A DNA stretch of 41,494 nt from Nemertoderma westbladi (GCA_032718475.1 JAUCBJ010007803.1:1-41494); one strand, 5' to 3'; positions 1 through 12,640 are shown, counted from the first letter of the stretch. Program-made: numbers and translations. The notes: generated by a model from the letters alone, not told the origin.

Positions 1-441
1 CGGGAGGACGGGCAGGGTAGGATCATACGGGTCCAGAAGGTGGGCCAACAATTGAAGAAAATTATTAATGTAGAAGAACGCAAGGGAGTTGAGCCGACTA
101 TTCGAGTTACTCGGGATACGGTATCACTTCCAAGAGAACCGGTAGGAGGATCGGGACATACACCAGCTGATCAACAGGGGGCGCAAGCTACTCTTGGGTC
201 TGCGTCGTCCACTTCTCGCGCGTTCCCAGACGTTCTACCAACTGTAGCGACAACTGATCGGTCACGAGGAATTGGTCGAGGTTTTGGGATGCCAAATAGA
301 CGAATTTGTGAGGAAATAGTCGCACCGTCTCTCAACGTCCCAAGTAAACCAGTGACTCGCCCCATTAGTCCCATATCGCGAGCAAAGTCACCTGTGCGCA
401 GTTTTCGAGGACGCGGCAGGGCTCGATCTACTAAGCGATAA
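1..441 (+). CDS. C-terminal part of an ORF entering from upstream; possibly the tail of a Gypsy-type pol (integrase C-terminus plus basic/Ser-rich tail)
   Basis: Frame 1 is open from base 1 (REDGQGRIIRVQKVGQQLKK...RGRGRARSTKR*). The EDGxGR..V...LKK stretch loosely resembles Gypsy integrase C-termini. A purine tract AAAAGGGAGGG follows the stop. No catalytic motif is inside the window. Confidence 0.35.
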   Translation, partial: REDGQGRIIRVQKVGQQLKKIINVEERKGVEPTIRVTRDTVSLPREPVGGSGHTPADQQGAQATLGSASSTSRAFPDVLPTVATTDRSRGIGRGFGMPNRRICEEIVAPSLNVPSKPVTRPISPISRAKSPVRSFRGRGRARSTKR

Positions 442-461
442 AAGGGAGGGCAAGGGTGGAC

Positions 462-1070
462 GGAAGACTCGTGGGCCTTTCTTATGATTTGTGATTTATT
501 TTGAATTATATGTTTTATATTTAGAAAATTTAGTAAAACTTATATTTTATATTTGTGCTTATTCCGAACTTATGCAATTTGTATTGTTCCGAATTTATGA
601 AATTTAGAAATAAGAATTTATATTTTGTAAAACTTATATTTAGTAAAACTTATATTTTATATTTGTGATTATTCCGAACTTATGCAATTTATATTATTCC
701 GAACTTATGCAATTTATATTGTTCCGAATATTATGCAATTTATATTTTATGAGCAGTATTACAGTGAAACAGAAAGTAAGAGTAGATGGAAGACTCGTGG
801 GCCTTTCTTATAGTTTCATTTGTAAAGTGTTATATTTTGTATTTAGAAAGTTTTATAGTTAGAAAATTTTGTGCTCAGAAAGACTCATATTTGTAATTAT
901 TCCAAACTTATGCAATCTACATTTAGGTACGAAAGTATTTGTAATTACTTGAATTTATGCAATATTTGAGATGCAATAGTAGATGGAAGACTCGCGAGCC
1001 TTTCTTATTGTTTTCATTTATTTGTATTTGTAATTGTTTAAATTTATGCAATATTGAGATGCAATAGATT
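462..1070 (+). repeat. AT-rich region of short imperfect direct repeats (possible retroelement 3' UTR)
   Basis: GGAAGACTCG(TGG/CGA)GCCTTTCTTA at 462, 788 and 985; several TTCCGAA(C/T)TTATGCAATTT copies at ~560-745 and variants to ~1050. Confidence 0.75.
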
Positions 1071-1426
1071 TATATTGGTGAATTTAATTTAGATTTATAT
1101 TGTACTTACTTAGTAAAGCCTTAAATACGTAAAGTTTGAATTTGTAATTATTTTGTATCGAATCATTACGTAGAAAGGAAGTATTGTTTGAAATTTAATT
1201 GTAAATATGTAAGTACGCCCCTAAGTATTCTATAGTTTGATTGATTATTGGTGAAAACCGTATATTTTATGCACGATAATATCCTGTTTTCATGGAGCGG
1301 TATAGAATTATATTCCCTAAATGCCGTGGATTTTCAAAATTTTATTTTATTCGAATTAACTTTGTAAAGATTGCTTTGAGTTCTCATTAGTATTGGTTCT
1401 ATCTATTGTACATCTATCGGTCAAGT

Positions 1427-1500
1427 GGTTCAGTAGCTCAGTTGGTAGAGCGTTGGAAATTATATGTGTAGTAGGTATCGAGTTCGAATCCTAGTAAGTA
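1427..1500 (+). pseudogene. tRNA-derived sequence (pseudo-tRNA or SINE-like Pol III head)
   Basis: A box TAGCTCAGTTGG with a perfect D stem (GCTC/GAGC) and B box GAGTTCGAATCC. The acceptor and anticodon stems do not pair. Confidence 0.6.
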
Positions 1501-1570
1501 CGAATTATTTTTTGTGCAGAATTTCAACTCATTTAAATTAACCGCTACAAATTAATTGCATTTGTCTGTA

Positions 1571-1852
1571 CCAATAAGGCTGTAGTTATTTGATTGTAAC
1601 CAATGTCGTGTAAGTTATATATTAGCTGGACCAATAGCTATCTTTAAAACCTTGTTAGAATCTATAGAACAATCGAGAATTTTCTCGATTGATTGCGGCA
1701 CAAATTTAGTATATAAAGGTGCGATTTCGTTCATTAGTTATTATACTTACACAAACTTCTTATACATTCTATCTATCATTCAATCAATCTCTCTGTCGTG
1801 CTTAGTTTATTCTCAGATTACATTGTATTATAATTGTGTCTTCTGTAATAAA
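1571..1852 (+). promoter_or_regulatory. LTR-like Pol II promoter and polyadenylation cassette
   Basis: CCAAT at 1571, 1600 and 1631 (~30-bp spacing), TATATAAA at ~1710, AATAAA at 1847: the order expected in a U3-R-U5 LTR. LTR termini were not identified. Confidence 0.4.
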
Positions 1853-3539
1853 GTCAGAATATTCTCTCAGCTTTTCTATCTGTTTTACTATGAATTCACT
1901 ACGGTGAACAAACTCAGGGACAGGATGGCCGGCTAGAGATCGGGCCGCAGCAATGAACGGGAACATCACGGGAATGTAGACGAGAGACAACCCGCAATAC
2001 CATTTAGAGTTATTCGCCCATCGCCTGAAAGGTTAGACAGCGTTCGATCCTTGCTACCTAAGTATAAGACCAAAAGATCAAAAGGTAGACGTAGTGACAC
2101 GCTGTAAGCCCAAAATTACATCATAGGGACTGTACTGTCTTGATTCAGGAAAACCCACAGTGGACCTTCACATTCCTACGGGGGGAGGGATAGCGCAGGC
2201 AGATACTAGTACGCAGATAGGACGTAGGCACACTGGTACAAGGCATACACATTGGTTAGGGTGCAGCAAACTGTACGCTTAACTCTTGCTAAGTACAGGT
2301 GCGTGTGCGACTATTTGCAGTACGACAGTGTCCATTGCATTAGAACTTGTAGGCTAGGGGGTTGCTGTGTTTTCACCTGAATTGGGATTGTACCGTTCGG
2401 GCGGTAGGGCAGTTTACACTAGGCGCAAATAAATTGAGGCTATCAGGGATATACTAACATCTACCGTGTCCCCGCCAACGCCCTAATAGGAAGTTACCCG
2501 GACTACCTGGGTGACCTGGGTACGCCTGCAGTAGTAAACTAACACATCTCTTCTTAGTATCAGGGACCTGGTACCTAAAATTGCCGAATTCTGGGCGTAG
2601 TATTAACCTTATGCCTGAATTTGAATCCTGGAAATACGCAAGAGGGGAAGGAACCTTACCATTCGTGAGTATTGGACCTACAAGTTATAAAATTAGAATA
2701 TTCGTAAATGCACACCGTACCCAGTAATTATATATGTGAAGGAGCAAAACTGTTTTGACCGTTCAGAATTAACACACGCGCGTTAGAAATTATTTACACC
2801 TCGAAATATATAAAATTAACTTTGTCCGTACTGTGCTTTGCCCGCTAGTTAGACATCTCCAAATCTCTGCCTGTACCTAGCTAGCGTCCCTTTGCCCAAC
2901 CATATAAATCACACCGCGGCAAAGTATACGAGCCCCTTAGTCCGTCAGTGAGTCAGCCTGATTTTAGGATTCGCTGCGCGGGATTTTGTTTCATCGAAGT
3001 TTGTCTGCTCGTAGACTGTTTTCTGCCTCACCGGTTATAAGAGATCAATACTGCAATATATTCGCTTACTTAGAGTTTACTGTTTTGGTGAGAAGGTCGG
3101 ATTTATGATTTGATTTACAAACTTTACAGTAAGATATTGCAGGTATTGTTACCGTCTCTTCCAATAGTAGGAATAGGCGTATCTCTTCAATTAGTAGCTG
3201 GGATGAGATATATCTTTCCAACAATACACCTGGACTCATTTTCTCAGATCACAAAAATACTGTAGGCCTCCTATATTAATAGCTTCCTATAATAAATATA
3301 TTAATAGTGGCACTGTAAGTGGTATGGTATGAGTCTTTATAGTTTGAAATGTCACTTTGGTGTTGTATGTATATTGTTTTCTCTTTAGTATTATAATCAC
3401 AAGCTTTAATTTATTCATGTTCATTATCACTCCAGCCAGCGTCAATACAGTGTTACGGAATTAAATATATTATATAATTATACCCTGAAATATAAAGCCC
3501 TTTTTCCTTTACCGAAATCCCTCCTTTCCATTCATAAAT

Positions 3540-4028
3540 ATTAAGGAGGTAGTTTCGCGCCCAAAGTCATCTGAGTAATCATAATGGCAGGATGGGGTGT
3601 AGCAGGACATCTTACCACATAAAAATTAAGGATAGTTATTGTGCAACCAGATAAGTTATCCCACCACACTCCATTTTGCCCTTCTTCTTCCATTTTATCC
3701 GTATCCTTCCCTACTGTAAATGTATCACTACAGGACGCCACCTTGCGGCAAAAATTGAAATGTATATCCCTCATTTATATACACAGGATGTGTGTCCTCA
3801 TTTCCTGTCTAGGGGGTAACTAGCTATGAATGTCCTCATTGCCTATGTAACATGTGATCGCAAATATAATGAAACTTATTGATTTTCATAATTTGTCTTC
3901 ATTGGAAACATGTAGAGGATATCTTGACGTACATTTTGATACCTTGGTTGAATTCACAGCAACAAAAAGAAAAAAGTCCCCAATTCCACTGTAGGAAGTA
4001 GCAAGTCCTCAATTGGCCCCCTAGACAC

Positions 4029-4031
<3 letters not shown>
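3540..4031 (+). mobile_element. E1: right-terminal region of a (TG)n-flanked non-autonomous element (GTCCCC/GTCCTC motif group); left boundary not found
   Basis: GTCCTC/GTCCCC motifs at ~3794, 3832, 3976 and 4005. The last two are 29 nt apart and the last ends 21 nt before the TG run, the same geometry as the E2 right end. Start coordinate is approximate. Confidence 0.55.

Positions 4032-4060
<29 letters not shown>
4032..4060 (+). repeat. (TG)n microsatellite between E1 and E2
   Basis: 29-nt pure TG run. Confidence 0.95.
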
Positions 4061-4062
<2 letters not shown>

Positions 4063-4726
4063 GTGAACTGGTTCAAACAGGGGACAATAGCATGAATACA
4101 CAGCGACAAACCGGGGACGATCTACAATCCGGGGACGTCCCCGGAATGAAAAGATATCAAAAATGGAATCTACGTACTAAAATTAATGGATTCTGAAAAT
4201 TTCAGATCATTTCGGCGATGTCCCCTCTTCCACCCAAACCTGTCAAATACGTGTGTAAATTTGTGTTTGAGTTTTGAAAATTTCACTGACCCCAGTATAA
4301 TGCGATAGTTTCAAGTGTCCCCATTTCCATACAGTTAATATAACATTCCAAACACACGTTGTAGTATGGGTGCTGTTGTTCAATGTGGGGACTGGAATCT
4401 ACAATGTAATTAATATGTTGTGATCTAATTTAACATTTTGACCAAACGCAGCAGTATGTGTGGCATGGATCAAAATGGGGACTAGGAATTCATTGTCACC
4501 TAAAAAGTAGAGATTAATTTTAAGTAAGTAGAATATATATATGTCGAATGTGCCAATTTGGAAATCAAATACTTTAGTAATCGTGTTTTAAAGCAGAATG
4601 GCGCCCCCAACTCCCTTATCTATTATTTCAACAAACAATAAGAAATCAAAATGAATATATAATTTTATGACAAATTTTCCTGATAAACAACTTGATATAC
4701 ATTTGCAATATACAATTGAAAGTGAT

Positions 4727-6294
4727 TCATGAAGGACATTCATTAAGAACGTTACGTTTCCTTTTCTTGCTATAATTTGTATGAGCTGATTCTGACTCAA
4801 ATTCAAATTCAGTTACTTGAAAATACATCCATATCATCTTTACCAGAAACATTTCCCGAATCAGTATCAGAATTGCATAGATTGTTTTTATCTTCTTGAG
4901 AATCACCACAGACCATGTCACAGTTACTCAATGCCGGATTGCTGACATGTTGCTCACTGATGCAATCTGCAAGTTCAGCATAGTTGCTGCACCATGTAAA
5001 CTCCTTAACAATATCAAGAACATTGGTGGTAGTTAAATCTGATGTATCAAATAAGTCATGCCTTGAACGCATGGTGTGCATAACAACAACAGACGCAGTT
5101 AACCTTGCCCCCAAACCCTATCCTCCTCCAACGACCCTGCCCCATCCACTCCTTCAACCCCCAACGACCTCGTCCCACCCACTCCTTCAACCTCGGACAA
5201 CCCTGCCCCAACCACTCCTTCAACATGCGACAACCCTGCCCCACTCACACCTTTAAACTCAGACGACCCTGCCCCACTCACTACTTAAAACTCCGACAAC
5301 CCTGCCCCACCCACTCCTTCAACCCCCAACGACCTCGTCCCACCCACTCCTTCAACCTCGGACAACCCTGCCCCACCCACTCCTTCAACATCCGACAACC
5401 CTGCCCCACTCACACCTTAAAACTCCGACAACCCTGCCCCACCCACTCCTTCAACCCCCAACGACCTCGTCCCACCCACTCCTTCAACCTCGGACAACCC
5501 TGCCCCACCCACTCCTTCAACATCCGACAACCCTGCCCCACTCACACCTTTAAACTCAGACGACCCTGACCCACTCACTCCTTCAACCTCCGACAACCCT
5601 GCCCCACCCACTCATTCGACCTCCGACAACCCTGCCCCACTCACTCCTTTAAACTCAAATGACCCTGCCCCACCCACTCCTTCAACCTCCGACAACCCTG
5701 CCTCACTCACTCCTTTAAACTCAGACGACCCTGCCCCACTCACTCCTTCAACCTCCGACAACCCTGCCTCACTCACTCCTTTAAACTCAGACGACCCTGC
5801 CCCACTCACTCCTTCAACCTCGGACAACCCTGCCCCACTCACTCGTTTAAACTCAAATGACCCTGCCCCACCCACTCCTTCAACCTCCGACAACCCTGCC
5901 CCATTCACTCCTTTAAAATCAGACAACCCTGCCCCACCCACTCCTTTAAATTCCAACGACCCAGCCCCACCCACTTCTATAAACTCCAACGACCCTGCCC
6001 CACCCACTCCTTTAAACTCCATCGACACAGCCCCACCCACTTCTTTAAACTCCAACGACCCTGCCCCACCCACTCCTTTAAACTCCATCGACACAGCCCC
6101 ACTCACTCCTTTAAACTCCGACAACTTAGGCACTTCAATATCTCTCTGTATCTCTGCTTTATTGTCCAATCTTCAAGTTGCTCTGCTTCTTTTTGGGTAA
6201 GATTTGATAACTTCCGTGTTATTCCACCTTCTTCTTCTTGTATTCAATACATTTTCTCCTTCCTTTTCAACCCCATAAACACGTTAACATCCAT
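4727..6294 (-). pseudogene. Possible degenerate protein-coding remnant of unknown family inside E2, with an in-frame minisatellite expansion
   Basis: ATG at 6294 reads MDVNVFMGLKRKEKMY*IQEEEGG...YREILKCLSCRSLKE and is in the same frame as ...WMGQGRWRRIGFGGKVNCVCCCYAHH beyond the repeat. Downstream frameshifted pieces give an acidic stretch and KKRKR. Confidence 0.35.
5129..6125 (+). repeat. 33-bp C-rich minisatellite, ~30 copies
   Basis: Unit ACCCTGCCCCACCCACTCCTTCAACCTCCGACA; explains the 11-aa repeats in the ORF track (RQPCPTHSFNL, GAGLSEVEGVS). Confidence 0.95.
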
Positions 6295-7048
6295 GTATTT
6301 ACAATTATTTTATACATTGATTTCATTTACTATTAATACACTTTGTAAAAAGTAGCACTTTTTAGAGGTCGGCCAGAGTGTGTTTATTATCTGAACGAAG
6401 CGAGTGTTAGAAAATGTCATAACGCTATAAAGTGCATCTTTCTTATAAGTATGTTTGTAATTTTCTCCAATTATATCAACTTTATACATAGAAACTTGTT
6501 TGCACTTAACTTGAAATTGTGCTCATCTATCCCATCATAGTAGACATGTACCGAACAACAAGAGTCCCACAAGAAATGAAAACAAATAAGTTGGTGCCAG
6601 TTCCCAAGAAGGGCAACCTAACACTATGGTTCTTTTCGGGGAATCTCATTGATCTCGATTGCTGCAAAGCTATACAATAGGATTCTATTAAATCGCATCA
6701 GGGATCCCATTGAGAGACTGCTCCGTGGAAATCAGAATGGGTTCCGTAAAGGTCGTGGGACCATGGAGCCCATTTCAGCACTTAGAGAGATAATTTTAAG
6801 AGTTATCAAAAAAGAAAGACAGGCATCTGGCTGTTATCTTTGTTGACTTCTTCAAGGCCTTTGATTCAGTCTCTCGCACAGGTATGTTCAGCATACTTTC
6901 ATTATATGGGATTCCTGATGAAATTATTGCAGCAATCAGATCAGTATACGATGGTTCGACAACATTTGTGTCTACTGTTGACGGTGACACAGATCCATTT
7001 GAAGTGTTATGGGGCGTCCTCCAAGGAGACACACTTGCACCATTCTTG

Positions 7049-10000
7049 GTGGGATAAATATTTCTCCATTTGACGCAACACCGCCGCGGCCGCTATGAGG
7101 GAGGTGAATACCGCGGCCGCTCCTAAAGCCGCAGGCCATCGCTAACTATATAGGTTAACTTGGGATTCTGGGGGACTTTTCGATGAAGGAACTGACCAAA
7201 TTTTTTTATTTTCTCACCAGGGGAGCGGCTCGGAATTCTAAGATATTAGCAACTCTAACATTATTAAATCTAACCCTTCGACGGACACGGCGAACAAAAA
7301 ACCGACATTTTTTCGACAATTTTAAAATTTTTTTGAAAGGCGCTCTACAGTGGCTCGAAAAAACCCTAGGTTATTGCTTAGCCGACGCCGGGATACGATA
7401 GAAGGGATTAATTAGTGAATTCGTTTTTTTTTTCAAAAAAGATTACCACGCCTTTTTTCCGAAAATGTCCGTCAAAGTTGAAAAAACGGACAAAATGACT
7501 TTGCGGGATCCGCTATAACTCGGCTAATATTGATCGTACGGGGACGAAAGTAACGCGGTTGGAAAGGGGAAGAGTGGTACTACCTTCGTATCGAATGGGG
7601 GTAAGATATTTATTAAAATTTCGGGTGGAAAAAGGGGCTGTAAATTTGTACGTTTTTGTCCGTCTTTTTTGGAAAACTTATTTCCGAAATGTTTAATTCG
7701 ACAACGCGGGTAGGAATCCACTAATTCTTTTATGAAACTCGTAGAAGACCATTGGGGCTACGTTCCTATCGAATGGGGGTACAAAAAATATGTCGGCAAT
7801 AGGGGCCAAAAAGGGCCAGAATTTGTAAAGTAGTTTTTATCGAATAATTTTTTATTTTTAACTTTAGTTGGTTAAGGTACATTCTATACAGTCAATATCC
7901 ATACGGGGAATTCAAATATGCTATCGGTTTTGCTCCAAGGATGATATTAAAAAAAATGAGGGCCAAAATTATAATTTCGCGCTTCAAACTTGCTTCGTGG
8001 GAAATCGTCTAGCTCGAAAACTACTTAACTTACGGGAGATTTGTTTACACAGACTTATAGTGCGTTAAATTATCTATCTAACAGCGTTAATCACAGCGCC
8101 GGAGGTATTATAAAACTGGAGCGGCAGGCGATCGTGTGAAATATAATATTTATAAAAAGGGACGAAAAATTTTTTTTTTTAACAAATCGCTATTCCATTA
8201 TAATTTAGCGTATTGCGCCAAAAGTACCTGTAAAAAGTATCAAATTAACTCCGCTATCTTTTATCTTAACATATATAATTAAAATTACGAATTTTAAGGG
8301 TCGAAAAATATCGCGTTATTTTGGCCCTTTTTTTTAATTTTTTTGGGGCCAAAAATAACCCCTTCTCAAAAGATTAAGAAAAAAATTACGGCAAAGAATA
8401 TACCAATTTTATTGAATTTGGACCACCAGAACCGAAGTTAGAGCGATTTTAGTGAAAAAATAAAAATAATTTTTTTTGCAAAAAAATTAAGAATGGTCAG
8501 GTCAATATTGGATTTCGAACCCGCGAACTTAGGTTTCATTAACGTGATTGATAACCACTAGACTATGTGACCAAGAGAGTTTGAAATTTTCGAGTGACTA
8601 TTTTTAAACATAAATAACTTCGGTTCTACAGGGCCGTTTAATCTGAAACTTTTTTCATTGGATAGAGGATAGATTGTAGTGTGTGAAATAGGATACAACT
8701 TGGGAAAAGACTTATGTGCACTTAGTGCAAAATGCACTTAAATAGTGAACATTTTTTCGATATTTCAAACACTATTATTTCCAGTTCTATTAATCGTAGA
8801 ATGTTATTTTTTGGATTAAAATGTAGTTTGGAATGATTTCTAACTATAATCGTAACATTTGTTTAACTTTTTATGTCTATAAAGTGACTTAAAATGTCCA
8901 TGAATATGGTCCAAAATCGCAAATCCAGATTTATTAAATTGGATTTTTGACACTTTTAGCGACTGACACTTGATCATACACCATCGTAGATCGGTAGAGG
9001 ATAAACATAAGTTTGTTAAATAAGAGCCACCATTACGATCTGCTAAAGTGCATTTGTACAAATAAGTGTGCAAAAGTGCAAATTTTTTAATAAGGTCAAA
9101 TTATATAGTATTGGGTTCTTTTCTTTGCAGATACTTTATTTTCATATTAATATGTTGTTTGAACCTTACTGAGCGCATTAGGGGATATGCGTACAAATAA
9201 CCGGCCCTTATGAGGCTTCGATTGGGTAAATTAATAAAACATAAGGTTGTATAGTATAATATTCTAAAAACCAGTGTGATATTAAATGCACTTTAAATAA
9301 TAAATAGAAATCAAATAACAATTGGACCACACAATTAAAAACTCGCACAATTTTGTACTTATTATATTGCTTCAAATTAATTCAACAGTGGATATTTGGG
9401 GGAAGGGGGGAAGTTACAGTGTGCATTCGGGGGAAGTTTGGTGAACTGCATTTATGCAGTGAATCCAAACTTCCCCCTTTGATATATCATATACTTAAGA
9501 CATGCTAGGGTGAAGGGGAAATATTTGTTACTGTCACACTTTGCTTCCATTTATCCTATCCTTTATTATTACCCCAGTCAGATAAGAGATAATAAATCAG
9601 TAAAAACTAAACTAAACTGTCTTTCATGCAAACAAATTTCTAATTAAAGACGGGTGAATGACCATGACCATGGAAATAATTTTAAATATAATTGTATATC
9701 AACTATTTGGGGAGGCTTCCAAGTTAAACCCGAAAACAATTATTTTGTTACATAGTAAATAACGTTGTATGTTCTTCTTCCTCTCATAATAAAATATAAA
9801 TGAAATATCTCAGATCGCTATGCCCTGTAACATTTCACAACCAAAATATTTAAGTGTGAAAAGTGTAGGCCTACCACACTCCGCCCAAACTACCGCAAAC
9901 GCATAGCCAACAAATTTAACAAAAGGTTACATACATGTTGGGTTCATGACGAGATGAGTGAAAATTTATCGCGTAATATAAAGTAAAAAATTAAGAGACC

Positions 10001-10093
10001 TCCACCCAGCAGGCCTCCACACAGGCTCTCCTCCACTTTCTTACCCAATGGATATGTTGTTGTAATAATCTAATATTGGGGCGGCTTTCTCTC
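7049..10093. mobile_element. ~3.05-kb non-coding insertion into RTE-A1 with no TIR and a 0-1 bp TSD; possibly Helentron/DINE-like
   Basis: The RT sequence resumes exactly across it (compare uninterrupted RTE-A2). The right end has a CCCAAT...ATTGGG hairpin followed by CTTTCTCTCG|TT. The left end has two CCGCGGCCGC motifs. Confidence 0.7.
8500..8572 (-). pseudogene. tRNA-like relic inside the 3-kb insertion
   Basis: 73 nt on the minus strand: GGTCA...TGACC pairing ends, A box TAGTCTAGTGG, B-box-like GGTTCGAAATCC. Anticodon arm is unpaired. Confidence 0.5.
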
Positions 10094-11153
10094 GTTCATT
10101 ATTGTGGTTGACTATGTTCTACGCATGTCCTTAGATCATTATAATGATGATGGGGTGATGATAACTCCACCTACTGGCTCCAGAAGTCGAGGAAATCCTG
10201 CCAAGTACCTAACTGATCTAGACTTTGCTGATGACTTAGGAGTACTCTCAGAATCATTAGAGGGAGCCCAACGGCTCCTCAGCTCATTAGAACATGCTGC
10301 TTCTAGTGTTGGTCTTTTTATTAACTCCAGAAAGACCAAAATTCTGACAGTTAACTTTGAAAGTCCTCAGCAAGTCTCTGATCGGATGAGCATAAGCTCA
10401 AAGGATGGTATGCTTGAGCATGTGGACGACTTCTGTTACCTGGGATCATGGATCCGGAAGTCAGGTGAGGACCTTCGAATACGTAAGGGAAAGGCATGGG
10501 CAGCCTTGAATAGGCTTTCCAGGATTTGGAAGTCACCGAGAATTAATCGGAAACTTAAGGTCCGATTATTTAGAGCAGCAGTAGTTCCAGTACTCCTCTA
10601 CGGGAGTCCATGCTGGGCTCTAACTGCTGAGGACACCAAATCTCTGGATGGCACATTCACAAGAATGCTACGCCGGGTTCATTGTGTCAAGTACAGATGC
10701 ACACATCTCCAACCAGACACTATATAACATTGGAGGTGTCTCATTGGTTCCCCCAAGCTTGACACTAGAACAAAATCGCCTCCGCTTTGCAGGACATTGC
10801 TTTCGCCGTGAGGACCAGCCAGTGCATAATCTTGTACTTTGGCAGCCTCATGGAGTGAATAAGCATGGTGGACAGCCCATGACTTTCTTGAGACGCATCT
10901 TAAAGGACACTGGCCTTAAAGATGCGGATGATCTAGCAAATGCCATGGGTGATAGGGAGTTGTGGCGGTGCAATTTTGTTGACAAGCCGGCACAGCATTC
11001 TTAAAAATGCAGCTGCAATGCAGCATGCCGATCCTAGTAGTGAAATTGTGAATCCCAGGCATAACCAAGAAAGTTCAACTTTTTGATCCTATAACAATTT
11101 TTCTAGAACTGTACAAAGTTGATATAATTAGAGAATTAGAGAAAAACACTTAA

Positions 11154-12384
11154 GGCCCCGGTAGCACTACTTCAATAATTTTTTTCAAAAATTTTTTTAA
11201 TTTCATCTAGAGCAGATTTATCAAGATTCCAAATTTGAAAACCGCTTAGCAAGATCTGACCTATTTCTCGAGATATTGCTGTCTGTCCGTTTTACTGTCG
11301 GTTTGTCCGTCAGTATGTCTGTCCGTCAATAAAAAACATACGATTTGTCTAATAAAATTCCCTGTGTTGGTTTTCGTGGTCGGTGACTTCATTTCTGATG
11401 TCATTAATCAAATTTGCCCTCGTCGGTTCTGTCTGTATGCCTGTCAGTCTGTCTGTCAAAATATAACCGACAGTCTGACAGCGAAACAGACAATTTGGAA
11501 GTCATCAAATGTTAAAATTGACACTCGAAATGAATTCTGCGACCAGGAAAACCCCTATAGCTAAACTTTTAGCTCAATGCTGTGCCTTTTTCTAATATTT
11601 GAGAGACAGATAAGTCGGATGGTCAGAAAGACCGACAGACAAACATTCAGACAAACTAGATTTCATTAAAATTGAAAACTGACCTCAGAAATGAAATCAG
11701 CTACCAGGAATACCCCCATAGCAAAATTGTTAGCATGGTTTATGCTTTCTTGTTGATACCTATATATTGACAAACTTTCTCACATATTAACAGACAATTT
11801 TTGCGCGGGAAGGTTCAAATTTTAAAGGCAATTATCTCGGAATGGTTTTTTTTTGCATAAAAATAGCTTCAGACAATTCAATTTTCAATAAATTTTCAAA
11901 AATTTTGCTCAGAGGGGTTCTCTGATGTGCTCTTTCTTCAGATATCTCGATCTCGAATTCTGATTGTTTTATTCCAATAAGGAAATGATTGGCCAAAATT
12001 GAATAAAATATTTATAATTTTTAATTTGTCAAAATTAAACAATAAACAAAACAAAAAACAGCACCAAAATGACAATTGTTAATTAATTTTTGAAATTTTG
12101 CTTCGAGATATCGAAAGAGCGTACATTTTTGATGCGATTTGAAAAATTAGAAAGGAAAATACTCAAGATTGAATCTGATGAAGGTTTTTGGATTTTTGTC
12201 CAAAAATTTGTCAATATTTGTTAATATTTTTCCAAATTTTTGAAAAATTTGAATTTTTTATTTTTATTCATAATTACAAATCTTCCATTGACCTTCATAC
12301 CAAGTTATGGTCGTTTCTGACAATGAGAAGTTGCTCTAACAAGGCAATATAAAAATCATGTCCATGTAGCGCTACCGCGGGGCC
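11154..12384. mobile_element. Non-autonomous DNA transposon with TTAA TSD, Kolobok-like
   Basis: TTAA at 11150-11153 and 12385-12388; imperfect TIR GGCCCCG--GTAGCACTAC vs GGCCCCGCGGTAGCGCTAC. GG...CC termini favour Kolobok over piggyBac (CC...GG). Confidence 0.8.
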
Positions 12385-12550
12385 TTAAAATAATACCTAG
12401 GCCAACGTATCGTATGTTTTCATTTTTATGTATTTACTGTAGTACTAAAGAATTTAACTTGCTTAGTACCCAATCCTACTTGATATGTTCATGCAATCAT
12501 ATGTATTCAAAAATATACATTACATACGGATACGGATTACACAGGATTAC

Positions 12551-12640
12551 GTTGTACCTGATTCATACCGGGGACAATTGCATGAATACACAACGACAAA
12601 CCGGGGACGATTAACAATCCGGGGACGTCCCCGGAGTGAA
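12551..12640 (+). repeat. Second, diverged copy of the E2 left terminus (with 13500 it defines a ~950-bp sub-element)
   Basis: GGGGACAATTGCATGAATACACAACGACAAACCGGGGACGATTAACAATCCGGGGACGTCCCCGG closely matches 4080-4144; no TG run upstream. Confidence 0.85.

Larger units (their letters stand above)
6522..11040 (+). mobile_element. RTE-A1: 5'-truncated, frameshifted RTE-clade LINE split by a 3-kb insertion (pieces 6522-7048 and ~10094-11040)
   Basis: RT motifs PVPKKG, RGISL, QNGFRKGR, FVDFFKAFDS, GVLQGDTLAPFL|FIIVVDY, LDFADD, YLGS, and C-terminal RFAGHCFR. Ends in TAGTAG. 10-bp TSD TGAAATTGTG at 6512-6521 and 11041-11050. Confidence 0.9.

Noticed and set aside
442-3300. A fully delimited LTR with PBS
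   Set aside because: No convincing TG...CA boundaries, second LTR, PBS or TSD could be identified in the window.
5105-6169. Repeat proteins (RQPCPTHSFNL)n and (GAGLSEVEGVS)n as real genes
   Set aside because: A 33-bp unit keeps several frames open on both strands; stops are scattered and there is no independent gene evidence.
1427-8572. Functional tRNA genes at 1427-1500 and 8500-8572
   Set aside because: Anticodon stems (and most of the acceptor or T stems) do not pair; kept only as relics.
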